From: Podarcis liolepis | Taxonomy: Eukaryota | Assembly (NCBI GenBank): GCA_965112155.1 | Contig: OZ218098.1 | Direction: 5' to 3' (one strand) | Length of the DNA: 64,000 nt | Shown: one piece after another, positions 50,667 through 62,470 of the stretch | How positions within the stretch are numbered: the first letter of the stretch is position 1 | How the letters are laid out: every line of letters starts with the position of its first letter | The notes under the pieces: model-generated | Database searches by the model: none | The model's input: only the letters and a program-made list of their open reading frames with translations | Told to the model about the DNA's origin: nothing | Made by a program: the position numbers and the translations under genes

Positions 50667-50801
50667 ATGAAGGTTGTACCAGAGAAGAATGCTGTTCGAA
50701 TCCTTTGGGGCCGAGAACGGGGCACGCAAGCTTTGGGAGCACAGCGTCTTCTGCAGGAGTTGGTAGAAGACAAAACCCGTTGGATGAAATGGGAGGGCAA
50801 G
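50667..50801 (+). CDS. AMBRA1: AMBRA1 first coding exon ([45 protein letters not shown]); exon begins at 50555
   Basis: 135 nt, GCCATGA start, AAG|GTAAAG donor; matches the AMBRA1 N-terminus. Confidence 0.97.
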
Positions 50802-51273
50802 GTAAAGCTCCTTATGACACACAAGTCAACTGAACTTAGGAAGCTGCCTTGCACAAAATCAGAACATTGGTTCAAGTAGCTCAGCATTATCTACACTGAC
50901 AATACTTAAGGGTTCCCTTTGTGGGTCTTACACAGTCCTACCTGCACATACAGTGATCTAGGATAGTTTGGCATACAAAGCAAGTTCTTAACCATGGAGC
51001 TTCAGGCTGTGTATGACACTTCTGCCTGTCGGTAATTTGAGTTATATATACTTCTTAGGTTTCTGAATTTGAATTAAATATTTTTATCTGGTATGTGCCA
51101 GATTCAGAATAAATGGATAGAACCTTTTAAAATTTTTATAACCCTTTGATACTCCTGGAACAATTGTGCAAAAGTATCATTTCTTCTATCAAACTTCACA
51201 CGAGGGAGGGGTACTGGTATACTTCACTGATACTTTGAGCTCAGAAAATGTTTTGTGCTCTTTTGACTTTCAG

Positions 51274-51332
51274 AAGGTTGAGTTGCCAGACAGTCCACGC
51301 TCCACCTTTCTACTGGCATTCAGTCCAGACAG
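51274..51332 (+). CDS. AMBRA1: AMBRA1 coding exon 2 (KVELPDSPRSTFLLAFSPDR)
   Basis: 59 nt, phase 0-2. Confidence 0.96.
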
Positions 51333-52646
51333 GTACACATCTATGTATATATTTTCTGTTCTCTTTTTATTTATTTATTTTATGTTCCCTTTTATTTGTT
51401 AGAAAGATTTGTGAAGAGAAATGTTCCTCAGCATACCTGTGAGAGCTTCCAATGAGTCTTCCAGCTTCGCTATACCAAGTGCTGCTCACTCTTTTGATTA
51501 TTTGAAACTACTTGTGTACATGGAATACTCTTTTCAAACTATGATAATGACAGAATCTAGACTTGCAAGGAACTTGGTAGCAGGAGATGTTCATATAAAC
51601 TGGTGAAATGCTTGTTGTGTTGGTTGGTTCAGGGACCCTACAGGGAAGGTGCTAAGTCCTTGAGAGCCCTGTGGAGGTTTTGTCCCTACTGTGGTAGTAT
51701 CAATTTTCCTTTAGTGAATACAACTTTTGCTCCTCCACCCTCTCAAATGTCATTGTAGTCCGCTTCCTTTTTGTTTCATAGAACAGTATGCAAGGCAGAG
51801 CCAATGAAAACTTATTCCATCCCTGTTTGCATAGCCACCTCATATTTTGTTTTAATTGGTCACCCTAGAGCAGGGGTAACCAACATGGTGTCCTTGAGGT
51901 TGTTCCTATTATCCCAGACTATCAGCTATTCTGGTTGAGACTAATGATAGTTTGGAGTCCATGAGCATTTGGAGAGCATTACATTGATTACCCTTTTTCT
52001 AGAGTGTGACAGATGAGAACCAGGAATTGGCTTTCATATACAAGAGAGCTTAGGGCCTGGCCACTGTCCAAATGTACCACAAGCAAGATTGTTGCAGTGC
52101 ATATCAGAAAGAAGTGATGTTTGAAAATTGGGAGTGACTCACCCTGTAGGGATGGTATGGTATAGATATTAAGGTGGAAAGCACAATTTGGAGAACCTAT
52201 CATTTTATGAGCATTTGACCAGTTAAAAAATATAGCTGAGTTTACTACTCTACTATTCTTGAGTAATGGTTAAGTCTTTTTGGAGTATTTACTATATTAG
52301 AATGACAAAAATGTACTTTAATTATTAACAGGTAACTATTCTCTTACTTGTTAATCTTGGAAATATAATTATTAACTTTTAACAATCTTACGTAAGCTTT
52401 CTAAAACTCAAGTATGTGTGCTGTGAGGCTGGTTAGATTGAAGTATCATTGACTTATTTTTAGAAAGTTGGTCTTGGAGCTGTGATGTCTTGGTGGTTTG
52501 GGTGTTGGGCTTGACAGGCAATGAGGCATATCTGTACAGGTTCATATTTTTCTCTCCTCTGTTTCTGCATCCAAAATTGCTTGCTAAACAACCTTCTCTT
52601 CCCATCCTCCCTCCCCTTCTTTTATGTTGCTTTTTAATTTCCCCAG

Positions 52647-52830
52647 GACCCTTATAGCTTCTACTCATGTGAATCACAATATTTACATCACTGAGGTGAA
52701 AACGGGCAAATGTGTTCACTCTCTAGTTGGGCATCGACGCACACCATGGTGTGTAACCTTTCATCCTACCATTCCAGGGCTTATTGCTTCAGGGTGCCTT
52801 GATGGAGAGGTTAGAATCTGGGATTTGCAC
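52647..52830 (+). CDS. AMBRA1: AMBRA1 coding exon 3, WD40 ([14 protein letters not shown]...GEVRIWDLH)
   Basis: 184 nt, phase 2-0; GH..WD repeat. Confidence 0.98.
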
Positions 52831-53513
52831 GTAAGTTCCTTTTAATGCTCTTTACCTCACTCTATACCAGGCTAATCCATGCATTGCCACACTGGTGTGG
52901 GACCTTCTTCACTGTAGCATTTTCTCATATTATTCTGGTAATAGGGATGAACCCAAATACATGGTTCCATCCCTCCAAATATCACCTGTTTACCTTACCG
53001 TTATGGATTTGTTTTATTTTCTGATCATGAAATGCCAACTCTGCCAGTTGAGAGCCTTATTGGCAGGCTGTAGCAGAAATCTTGTGCTAGTTAATGATAA
53101 AGCCTTTGGATGACCTATAATTATTTCTGCAAACATTTCAGTGAAAGATTACTGTAGGTTTCAAGAATTAAAAAATGCTTTCTCTAAGTAGTACTGTAGT
53201 GTGTCATGACCTTTATCCATACTAATGTTGAAGGGCTGAAATGTTTCTACATAATCAAATTCTTTTAATTACTCTGGAACATTCAGTGAGTCTCAGACAG
53301 CCTATACAAACAGTATATAATGATTTTCCTGTAATTAGTGAGACAACGCTCTTTAAAATTTGGCTTTGCAGTTGGGGGGGGGTGGTGATATAAAACGGAA
53401 GCACATGCGATGATGCTTGTGATATAAATCTAGGTCACCATATAGTGTATATGGGATCCTGTTTGGAATTACTGTGTTTCAATACCATTGACCATAGATT
53501 GGTTTGCTCCCAG

Positions 53514-53686
53514 GGTGGAAGTGAGAGCTGGTTTACAGATAGCAACAATGCCATAGCATCTTTGGCTTTCCATCCAACGGCCCAGCTCCTGCTAATTGCA
53601 ACAGCCAATGAGATCCACTTCTGGGACTGGAGTCGCAGGGAGCCTTTTGCAGTTGTGAAAACAGCCAGTGAAATGGAGAGAGTCCG
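53514..53686 (+). CDS. AMBRA1: AMBRA1 coding exon 4, WD40 ([21 protein letters not shown]...EMERVR)
   Basis: 173 nt, phase 0-2. Confidence 0.98.
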
Positions 53687-53959
53687 GTGAGTAATCCTTC
53701 TGCATGAGTGTATCCAGTTGAAGACGAAGATAAGAGGGAGCAATCTGTAGGAGAAATCCTCAAGATAATTGCTTGGGACATAGTTTTAGCCAGAAATGAA
53801 AAAAAAACAAAACCCTATGACACTGGAGACAGCTTGGAAAACTCTTAATTGCACCCCAGGGTTCACTAGTAAACCAGAAGATGAAAGTACGGACTTGAAG
53901 GCACACAGTGTGGTTTAACTGCTCAAGTCAAGTAGGCCTGGCCCTATAGACTGCAATCA

Positions 53960-54480
53960 TATTTATTTATCTGCTTACTGTGTTTCTAATTCTAAGAAGT
54001 AGCATTAAAATAATAAGCTCAAAACAGATAATTATGGCCATAGAAATACCACCTTAAAAAGTAAGGATAAAAGATAAGATTTTAAAGGCCTGTGAGAATA
54101 AAAACATCTTCACCAATTTTGAAAAGCATTCCACAAGCAAGGGGCCACTATCCTGGCTTCCTACCTTTCTTTAGCTTGTGGGGGCACACAATGATAAGAG
54201 GTCATTGTTGGGTACATGTGGGAAAAGAGGATCCTTTGGATACTGTGGTCCCAAGCTTATGAAGGGCTTTAAAAGTCAGAACCTGGAATTGAATTGGAAC
54301 TGGATTTGGACTGGGAGTCAGCGAAGATGATTAAGTCCTTGTGTAATACAATCATAGTTAGTACTCTTTCAGCCATATTCTGTACTGATGGCAGTTTCCA
54401 GCAAGCCTTCAAAGGTAGCACCACATATAATGTATTACAATAATCTATAAGGAAAATTGTATAAGCTAACTCTGATGTTA
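53960..54480 (-). mobile_element. Degraded L2 LINE 3' fragment
   Basis: IDYCNTLYVVLPLK..KLPSVQNMAERVLT inside ORF 54269..54760. Confidence 0.7.
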
Positions 54481-56308
54481 CAGGACAAGTATTAGAGTAT
54501 TCTGCTGCTGTGATTTGATACGGTTTTAATTGATGGTTTTGTGTTTTTAGCTGCCATGTGCTCTTGTTATAGGAAGGCTTGGAGTATACACATGATGGAC
54601 AAAAGCAAATATTTTTCCAGACAAATAGTGGGACAAACTTGGCACTTTTTATAAAACCTGCCATAGAATAACCCTGGTAGTTGCTATTACCAATGCATTT
54701 ATTATGGAGCAGCAAGAGACTAGTTATCCAGAGTTTTACTTGAGCAGAGAAATGTGTCATTTTTTACAGTCTCACCTGTTACAGTTTTTCATTGTGTAGG
54801 TACATTTTTCATACAACTGTAGCATTTCATTAGTACTGTTACCAGGCAATTGGGCAGTAATATGGGATTCATTGAATGTTTTACTTAGAATCATGTAGGA
54901 CAGAGATTGCTAGAATTATTGTTAGAATGTATACCAGAGCATGAATATCTGTTTAAAATCCAGACATGGGAAGGCATTTTCCAGTTGTTACTACTATTTC
55001 AGGATCTCTTGGTAGTCAGAGCTAGCTTAGCCCAACTTTTATATCTCAGGCAGACAGTGTCAGATTGCATCACGCGACTTGTTCATGCAGCCTATAAAGT
55101 TAACAGAAAATAACTGAAGATGGATAGAAGCAGCTCTGTGCTATTAGAGAGAGGGGGCTTATGAGGGAGTGCAAAATGATGCAGACAGGTGAACATGTGG
55201 TTGCTCTTTTGGAGGCTGCTACTGTGGGTTGTCTTAACAAAGGACAAGTTCTAGGCATTCTAAGTAAGGTCAATGTTAGATTTCCCCACTAGTTTCTTGT
55301 TAACTATAAAGGATAGTGGTGCTTAGCCTTTGTTGAGCAGGAAGAAAAATAGATTAATGACTCATTAGAGGAAGAGAAGCTAATTGTCCTATCTGTTTTG
55401 AAGTTTTGGTAGTGAGAAATGGCAGTTAGGAATAAAAGGTAGCCATGAAGTAAGTAAGTAATTTGTTTGTTTGTTTGTTTACGTAAATTTGTATACCAAC
55501 CTTTATCCATAGACCTCAGGGCGTTCCTGGAAAGCTTATGGAAGGGAAGGTTAATTCTTTGCTAATATACTAAACATTATATACAGGAAACATGAGATTA
55601 TAATGACAATATATGGGCTAAAGTACTGTATCTACCATGTGTAAGACTTAAATAATTAAGCTAAAGCACCATAAAGCAAGTTTATATCTTGGGAAGTAAA
55701 ATTTTCTTTTCTTCAAATTTTGTAATATGTATAACACTTCATTTTGGAGGTCCTTCTTTTTTGGACTTGGAAGAGTTTACTCTTGAATTGGAATTCATGA
55801 ACAAAAATTGAACAAAGTAGTGTGCTGAGATCTTGCTGTTTGGGCCTTTGGATACGGTGCTCAGATTCCTGTTTTCTTAGCCGTCTCTTCAGATTTCTTG
55901 CTCAGATATGGAGATATAAAACCAGTCAGTTGCTTTCTTTTCTTTCTAAAAACAATATACCGTGGAGTCTGAAACGTGGCAGGCTCACATGCTTCTGTGG
56001 CCATTCAGCTTCCTCAATCTACCGATTTAGTCTTCTTCCTTAGCAGTTCCTGTTATTTGAATGTTCATTTTGCTAAATTGTGTACAGTGTTTCCTCATTC
56101 ACATGCATGGCAGTGTTTGGCCATTGTTGGAATTGGGTACACTTCAGGGATGGATGAACATCTCCCACTCCCTGTTATTTGTGAATCTGAAACTTGGCGT
56201 TTCTTTACATTGTGGCACACTACAGAAATGCAAGAAGTCCTTCTCGATAGTACTGTTTGATGGAACAGCTTGTTCTTTTTAAATTTAAACCTTTCTTCTT
56301 TGTTTCAG

Positions 56309-56375
56309 ACTAGTTCGGTTCGATCCTCTTGGGCATTATTTACTCACAGCAATTGTTAACCCTTCCAATCAACAG
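56309..56375 (+). CDS. AMBRA1: AMBRA1 coding exon 5 ([22 protein letters not shown])
   Basis: 67 nt, phase 2-0; not in the ORF track. Confidence 0.96.
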
Positions 56376-57741
56376 GTAACTTTTTTATTCAGTTATTAGA
56401 CGTATAACTGGTGTTTCCTGGTGTAGAGTTCTGTGTCTTTTTAAATAGACAGTGGATATTTGCTGTTTTTAAACTGACTGAATACGAATGGTCTAGGTGT
56501 ATTTGATGTAGAATGCTTAAATCTAAATAAGTGTGAATCTGGTAGCACCTGGATAACCATGTGGTAATTTGGTCTCGGCTTCCTAAGAAAAGAAAAAAGG
56601 CCGGGATATAGTACTACAGAATAAATGTTTATTCATACCCAAAGTTCTGAAATTTTCAAGAATACTTGGCCTTGCTGTGCTGCTGATTGCTTTGCTGTTG
56701 TAGCTATCCATACTGGTCGGCCCAAAGCCTCCTTCGTCTGTGATGAGGTTTATGAGCTGCATTAGCGCTTCACTCCTGTGAACTGTGTAAGACTGATATG
56801 GTGCCCTCTCCCTTGACAATCTTCTGCTTTCTCCCTCAGGTCTTAAAATGGTACCTATTGCTTGTTCAGAGAGAATCTGGAGGGGGTACCTTATTGTACT
56901 GATGGCTGACTGGGTCATATTGCCCAAGGTCATGTCCTATACATATAACTTGTGACATCATACTCCTTGAGGCGATCAATTTAACTCTTTCAGCTACTCC
57001 CCCCTCCCCTCAGGCAGATCTCAAGCAGCCTCTTGGCTTCTGTTTAGTTCAGTTTGCAATAAAAGCAGGATTAAAAAATAATAATCGTATAGACGTTATT
57101 GGAGTGTGGTGTCTCCCAGGCTCATGAACTGGAAGCCTGGCTCTTGTAGCTGCCAACAGCACCCCCACCAATTTTGGTGGCAGCTTAAAAAAAAAATAAA
57201 AAATAGGCATAGCTCTGAGGTGGGCAGATCCAGTCCCTGAATAGGGATATAAATCATTTTCTCCCTCGTCATCAGCTTGATCATTGGAGCAGAGACAGGG
57301 TATCCTCAGTTGATCTGCACAGAGCAATTGAGGAGGGAGAGATCTCTCTCTGTGTGTGTTTGTATGTGTGTGTGCTTATACACATGTATACACATGTATA
57401 CACATGTGCATATATGCTACAGGTATATGGTTCCAGGAGGGTTGACTGAGGATGAATGTGACCCTCAGGCCAAAAAAGGCTAGCTGCTTTTTGTATAAAA
57501 TGAAGTTGTGGTCCACCTTTGGCAGAATTGCCATTGTTGGAGTTAACTGTAACAACATGAGTTACCTTTGTGTTTCTTTCCTGGATCTGAGAAGTTAAAA
57601 ATAATAGTAATAGAGAGTCTCTCAGTAACTTTGTCCTGCCCAAGGGCAGAGTCTCTGCTTTGCTTGTGGCAAAGTGCATCCTGTTTTTGCATCATCTTAT
57701 TTTGATGCAAGGTAATTGATCACTTGCACTTTCTTCTGCAG

Positions 57742-59225
57742 AACGATGAAGAGGTGGAAATACCTGTGGATAGTACTGAAATGCCACACTATCGTCAGCG
57801 TTCCATCCTCCAATCTCAGCCTGTGAGACGCACACCACTCCTCCATAACTTCCTGCATATGCTGTCCTCACGTTCTTCTGGTATCCAGGTGGGAGAGCAA
57901 AACGCCATGCAAGACTCGGCTACTCCCTCCCCTCCTCCTCCTCTCCCTCCTCCTCCACCACCACCACCTCCACCTCCACCACCACCACCTCCAGCTAGTG
58001 AAGCCTCTAGAGCATCTGCCTATAATGGCCTCAGTGAGCCTGTCAATTTCCCCTCAGTAAAATGTTGCCAACATCTGGGGGTGCTGTGCCTTTGCAGGCG
58101 ATGTTCTAGTGCAAGACTTCCTTCTCTTTTTCCGTCCCAGGACAACACCCCTTCCACATCCTCTGGGTCCACTGGCACTTCCTTTTCTTCTGTGCAAATG
58201 GAGCCTTACCAGCCCCAGGAGCAGGCAACTACAGCACAGCAGGAGCAGGGACTCCTTAACCGACCATCTGCTTTCAGCACTGTACAAAGCAGTACTGCGG
58301 GCAACACCCTGCGCAACCTTAGCCTCGGCCCCACTCGTAGATCCCTTAGTGGGCCTTTGTCTGGCCACTCGTCCAGATTTCACCAGTCTACAAGAGAGAT
58401 GGCCTCTGGGTTGGAGGGTTCTGAGTGGACTCGAACAGTGTTGAATATGGGCCCTCGCTCTGAGTTGGAAGGTATGCCTCCTCCTAGAACCAGTGCCTCT
58501 TCAGTGAGCTTGTTGTCGGTACTGAGACAGCAGGAAGGAAGCTCCCAGTCCTCTGTATATACTTCAGCTACAGAAGGGAGGGGTTTTCCAGCTCCTAGTG
58601 CTGAAGCTGAAAGCACTAGCAATGCTGGTCCAAGCAATCCAACCAGCATTCGCAATGAGTTTCAGTGTGACTTGAGGCGGTTCTTCTTGGAATATGATAG
58701 GCTTCAGGAGCTAGATCAGGGGATAGGTGGTGAACCCAGTCAGTCACATCAAGCCCAGGAGATGCTTAATAACAACATCGAGCCTGATAGACCTGGTCCT
58801 TCTCATCAACAGACCCCACATAGCAGTGAAAACAATTCCAATTTGTCACGGGGGCACCTGAACCGCTGTCGAGCCTGTCACAACCTGCTGACTTTTAACA
58901 ATGACACACTTCGCTGGGAAAGAAGTACACCTAGATATGCACCAGGGCAGGTCCAAAGCACATTTGAAGGTGTGCCATCCAGCAGTAGCCAGCTACCACC
59001 TTCCGAGAGAATGGAAAGTAGAACTTCTCCCTCTAGCAGACTGCCACTGGGAAGATCTTCTAATCCGCCAGAGGAAAGGACCGTGGGAGTGGTCTTTAAC
59101 CAGGAGACGGGGCACTGGGAAAGAGTTTACAGCCAATCTGCTTCAAATAGACCTGGGAATGTATCACAGGACGCCTTAAACCAGGAAATGCCTGAGGAAA
59201 GTTCAGAGGAGGATTCGCTTAGGAG
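57742..59225 (+). CDS. AMBRA1: AMBRA1 large coding exon 6 (disordered region, NDEEVEIP...EEDSLR); gene continues beyond the window
   Basis: 1484 nt, phase 0-2, CAG acceptor and AG|GTAAG donor; ORF 57724..59229. Confidence 0.97.
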
Positions 59226-60583
59226 GTAAGATTGCTAGACCGTTCTAATTCCTCCTCAGTCTTTCTGAAGCTGTACCATTGAAGTGTGAACTACTGAAGA
59301 TCTGGAGGTACTCATTTCTGATGCTGTCATGAATCTGGCTGGTAGTAATATTGGATTCAGGGATCAGTTGCTGGCTGCAGTGGGGCTCCTATCTAAAGCA
59401 TAGAGTAAGCCTGTACACATTCAGAGGAGAGTACTATAATTTCTAGCTGAAAGTAACTATTCTCCCCAAGTCTCATTCTTACGTTGTCGAGGCATTGCTT
59501 GGAGTAGCTAACTGTAGCACTTGTTAACAATGGCAGCAAATGCAGTCCACTAGGCTTTTCATATATTCCCAGTTGTTAAGAATAGGGAAAACTTGATTTT
59601 CTTCTTAAAGATGGGATGAGCAGCTCCTTACTTTTCAGGAATAATTCTGAATCTAAGATGGTTCAACAACTTATCATTACATCTGCATGTGACAATTATT
59701 TTCCCCGTAGTGAGAAATAATGCCAATTCTTACGTCACCCTGTTCTTGAATTGTATATCTGCCAATGACTTGTAGGTGGTTGAGATAGTATCTGAAACAT
59801 TTCTTCCAGGTATTGGATCATGCCTGGTCACCACAAAAGAAAACAAACAGGAATGCTGATGGTATATTTTGAGGGAATTATATCCCTTTCCTTTATTGCT
59901 TCAGGAAATCTGCTCCTGAATTGATTTGAGAATAACATTTCTCTTTGTCACGTGATGAATATTGGTGATGACAGAATAACTCCTATTTTAAAATCCCTGC
60001 CTCTATTACCCCACTTCCCTGCGTTTTTCTGGCTGCTTGTAAGATTACATTTTCTTTTCCTAAGTTTACCTAACACTCATCTTGTCAGGTGCCCGTTGTT
60101 CATGAATGACTAATCTTACCTTGAATGCCTTTGAAATTGGCAGCTGTCCTCTTCATACCTATACAAGCCCTCACCCACGAAATGGCATGCAGGTATTGCA
60201 TCAGTTCAAACTATTTTGCAGCAACCAAGGGGCTTTCACCTTAGGCTGAACTAGTGATGTTCTTTGAACGGCAAGGAACAGTGATTACCACATGTAGGAG
60301 GCCCTTCAGCATTTGCTGTGTTTAACAGGCCTGGAAAGTGATCTGTAGACCCTCTTACCTAGAGGTCTAAACTAGAAAGAATGGGATTGCATTTAATTAA
60401 AGTACTGATGATGTATAGTCTCAGAGAAGTATCCGTTTGTTATGCTGCCCCATTGTCTAATCAAAAGAGGCGGTCAGTGCTTTCTTTTTCCAAACTTTTA
60501 TTAGGCATTACAGATATAGATCATCTTAAAACGTTCATATACATTTTTAAAAAATAAATACAAAGAAAAAGCCATATAAGATA

Positions 60584-60825
60584 CAGTGGTACCTCGGGTT
60601 ACATACACTTCAAGTTACATAGGCTTCAGGTTACAGCCTCTGCTAACCCAGAAATAGTGCTTCAGGTTAAGAACTTTGCTTCAGGATGAGAACAGAAATC
60701 GTGCTCCAGCGGCGTGGCAGCAGCAGGAGGCCCCACTAGCTAAAGTGGTGCTTCAGGTTAAGAACAGTTTCAGGTTAAGTACGGACCTCCGGAACGAATT
60801 AAGTACTTAACCTGAGGTACCACTG
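60584..60825 (+). mobile_element. Tc1/mariner MITE, family A copy 6
   Basis: TIR and TA TSD. Confidence 0.85.
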
Positions 60826-61662
60826 TACATAGTAACAGGAACAAGGGGGCTGAGTGTAAGGGTGCCTGTGCATGCAAACAAAAAGGAAATCTGTGGAGAG
60901 TATCTGGGGGGCCATGGAATTGAATTGGGGAAGAGGAAAGTAGATTTATGAGAGGGACATTACTCCTAGAAATGCTTGGAAGACTTAAAAGCTTCCAAGG
61001 CAGTCTTTGCCAACCTGGTGTGCTGGCTAGTGCTGATGGGAGTTGCAGTGCAAAACATCTAGAGAGCTTTGGGTTGGCTCCTTTTTCTCTAGTGCAGTTA
61101 TAGTTTAGAAGGCAAGTTGGTTCTTAGGGAATGGTCATTGTGACCTATTTGGACTTCTCTTTCTTTGTTGCTTATGATCCAGCTAATTGAATATTTGGGG
61201 TGACTTAACTGTCATAGATGCTTATGTTCCTGCCATCCCCTCTGAGGTGCTGGCAGCTGTGACTGACATTTTATCTCTCTGACCAGATGCTTCTTGCTAT
61301 GGTAAATGAATTTATAGTATGCAGCCTAGTGCTCAGGCTTGTTTTTGGTATTCAGTCCTTAAGAATTCCAGTAGCACAAAGCTTCAGTAGCTTTTCGCTG
61401 TGCAAAACACTATTTCACATTCTCTTCACTTCAGACTCTGATGAATATTTTTCCTTTTTCAGTATGAAGCAGGGGCTGGTGCCTCAGTTACTCTTACTGT
61501 TACTAGTGTGAGTCCTATGCCAGGAGTATTTAAATCTAGGAATGTATGTGAAGGGGCAGTTGCATGGGACCTTTACCTGGCAAAGAGGGAGAGTAGTGAT
61601 CAGGTGGGCAGGACTCGGGGAGTATGCTGCTTCTGTGTTTCAGACGTTACCGGCAACAGTGT

Positions 61663-62470
61663 TAATAATAATAATAATAATTTTTTATCTATACCCTGCC
61701 CTCTCCAGCCAAGGCCAGGCTCAGAGCAGCTTACAAGCAATAATAAAAACAAGGTGAATGATTACAACTTAAAAACAAAAATAAAATACAACATTAAAAT
61801 ATTGGAACATTAAAATATTAAAATGTAGTCTCATCGCAGGAGGAGAAGGAAAAGAGAAAAGAAAGAGAGGGAGGGAGGGAATCAAATTGGCTCCAAGCCA
61901 AAGGCCAGGCAGAACAACTCTGTCTTACAGGCCCTGCGGAAAGAAATCAGATCCTGCAGGGCCCTGGTCTCATGAGGCAGAGCGTTCCACCAGGTCGGAG
62001 CCAGAGTTGAAAAGGCCCTGGCTCTGGTTGAAGCCAGTCTAACTTCCTTAGGTTCTGGGACCACTAGGGTGTTGTTATTTATGGACCTTGAGGCTCTCCG
62101 TGGGGCATACCAGGAGAGGCGGTCCCGTAGGTACGAGGGTCCTAGGCCGTGAAGGGCTTTAAAGGTCAAAAGCAGCACCTTAAATCTGACCCTGTACTCC
62201 ACTGGGAGCTTGAACAGCACTGGGTGAATATGCTCCCATGGCAGAGACCCCGTGAGGAGCCTCGCTGCAGCATTCTGTACCCGCTGGAGTTTCTGGGACA
62301 GCTTCAAGGGCAGCCCCGCGTAGAGCGAATTACAGTAGTCAAGCCTGGAGATGACTGTCGCATGGATCACTGTGGCCAGGTTGGGGCGGGAAAGGTAAGG
62401 GACCAACTGCTTGATGCGGCGAAGGTGGAAAAATGTCGCCTTGGCTGTTGCAGTAACTTGCGCCTCCATG
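61663..62470 (-). mobile_element. L2-clade LINE, 5'-truncated and relatively young
   Basis: Open 195-aa frame 61882..62469 (ISRLDYCNSLYAGLP..QNAAARLLTG..FKALHGLGPSYLRDRL); 3' UTR with (TTA)n tail at 61663-61680. Confidence 0.9.

Noticed and set aside
56738-56800. GTGATGA...CTGA as a C/D box snoRNA
   Set aside because: Boxes only ~55 nt apart, no terminal stem and no recognisable rRNA guide.
58054-59179. Alternative-frame and antisense ORFs within the large AMBRA1 exon
   Set aside because: Expected shadow ORFs of a long Ser/Pro-rich exon; no independent support.
61882-62469. 195-aa ORF as a host gene
   Set aside because: It is the C-terminus of an L2 reverse transcriptase in a truncated element.
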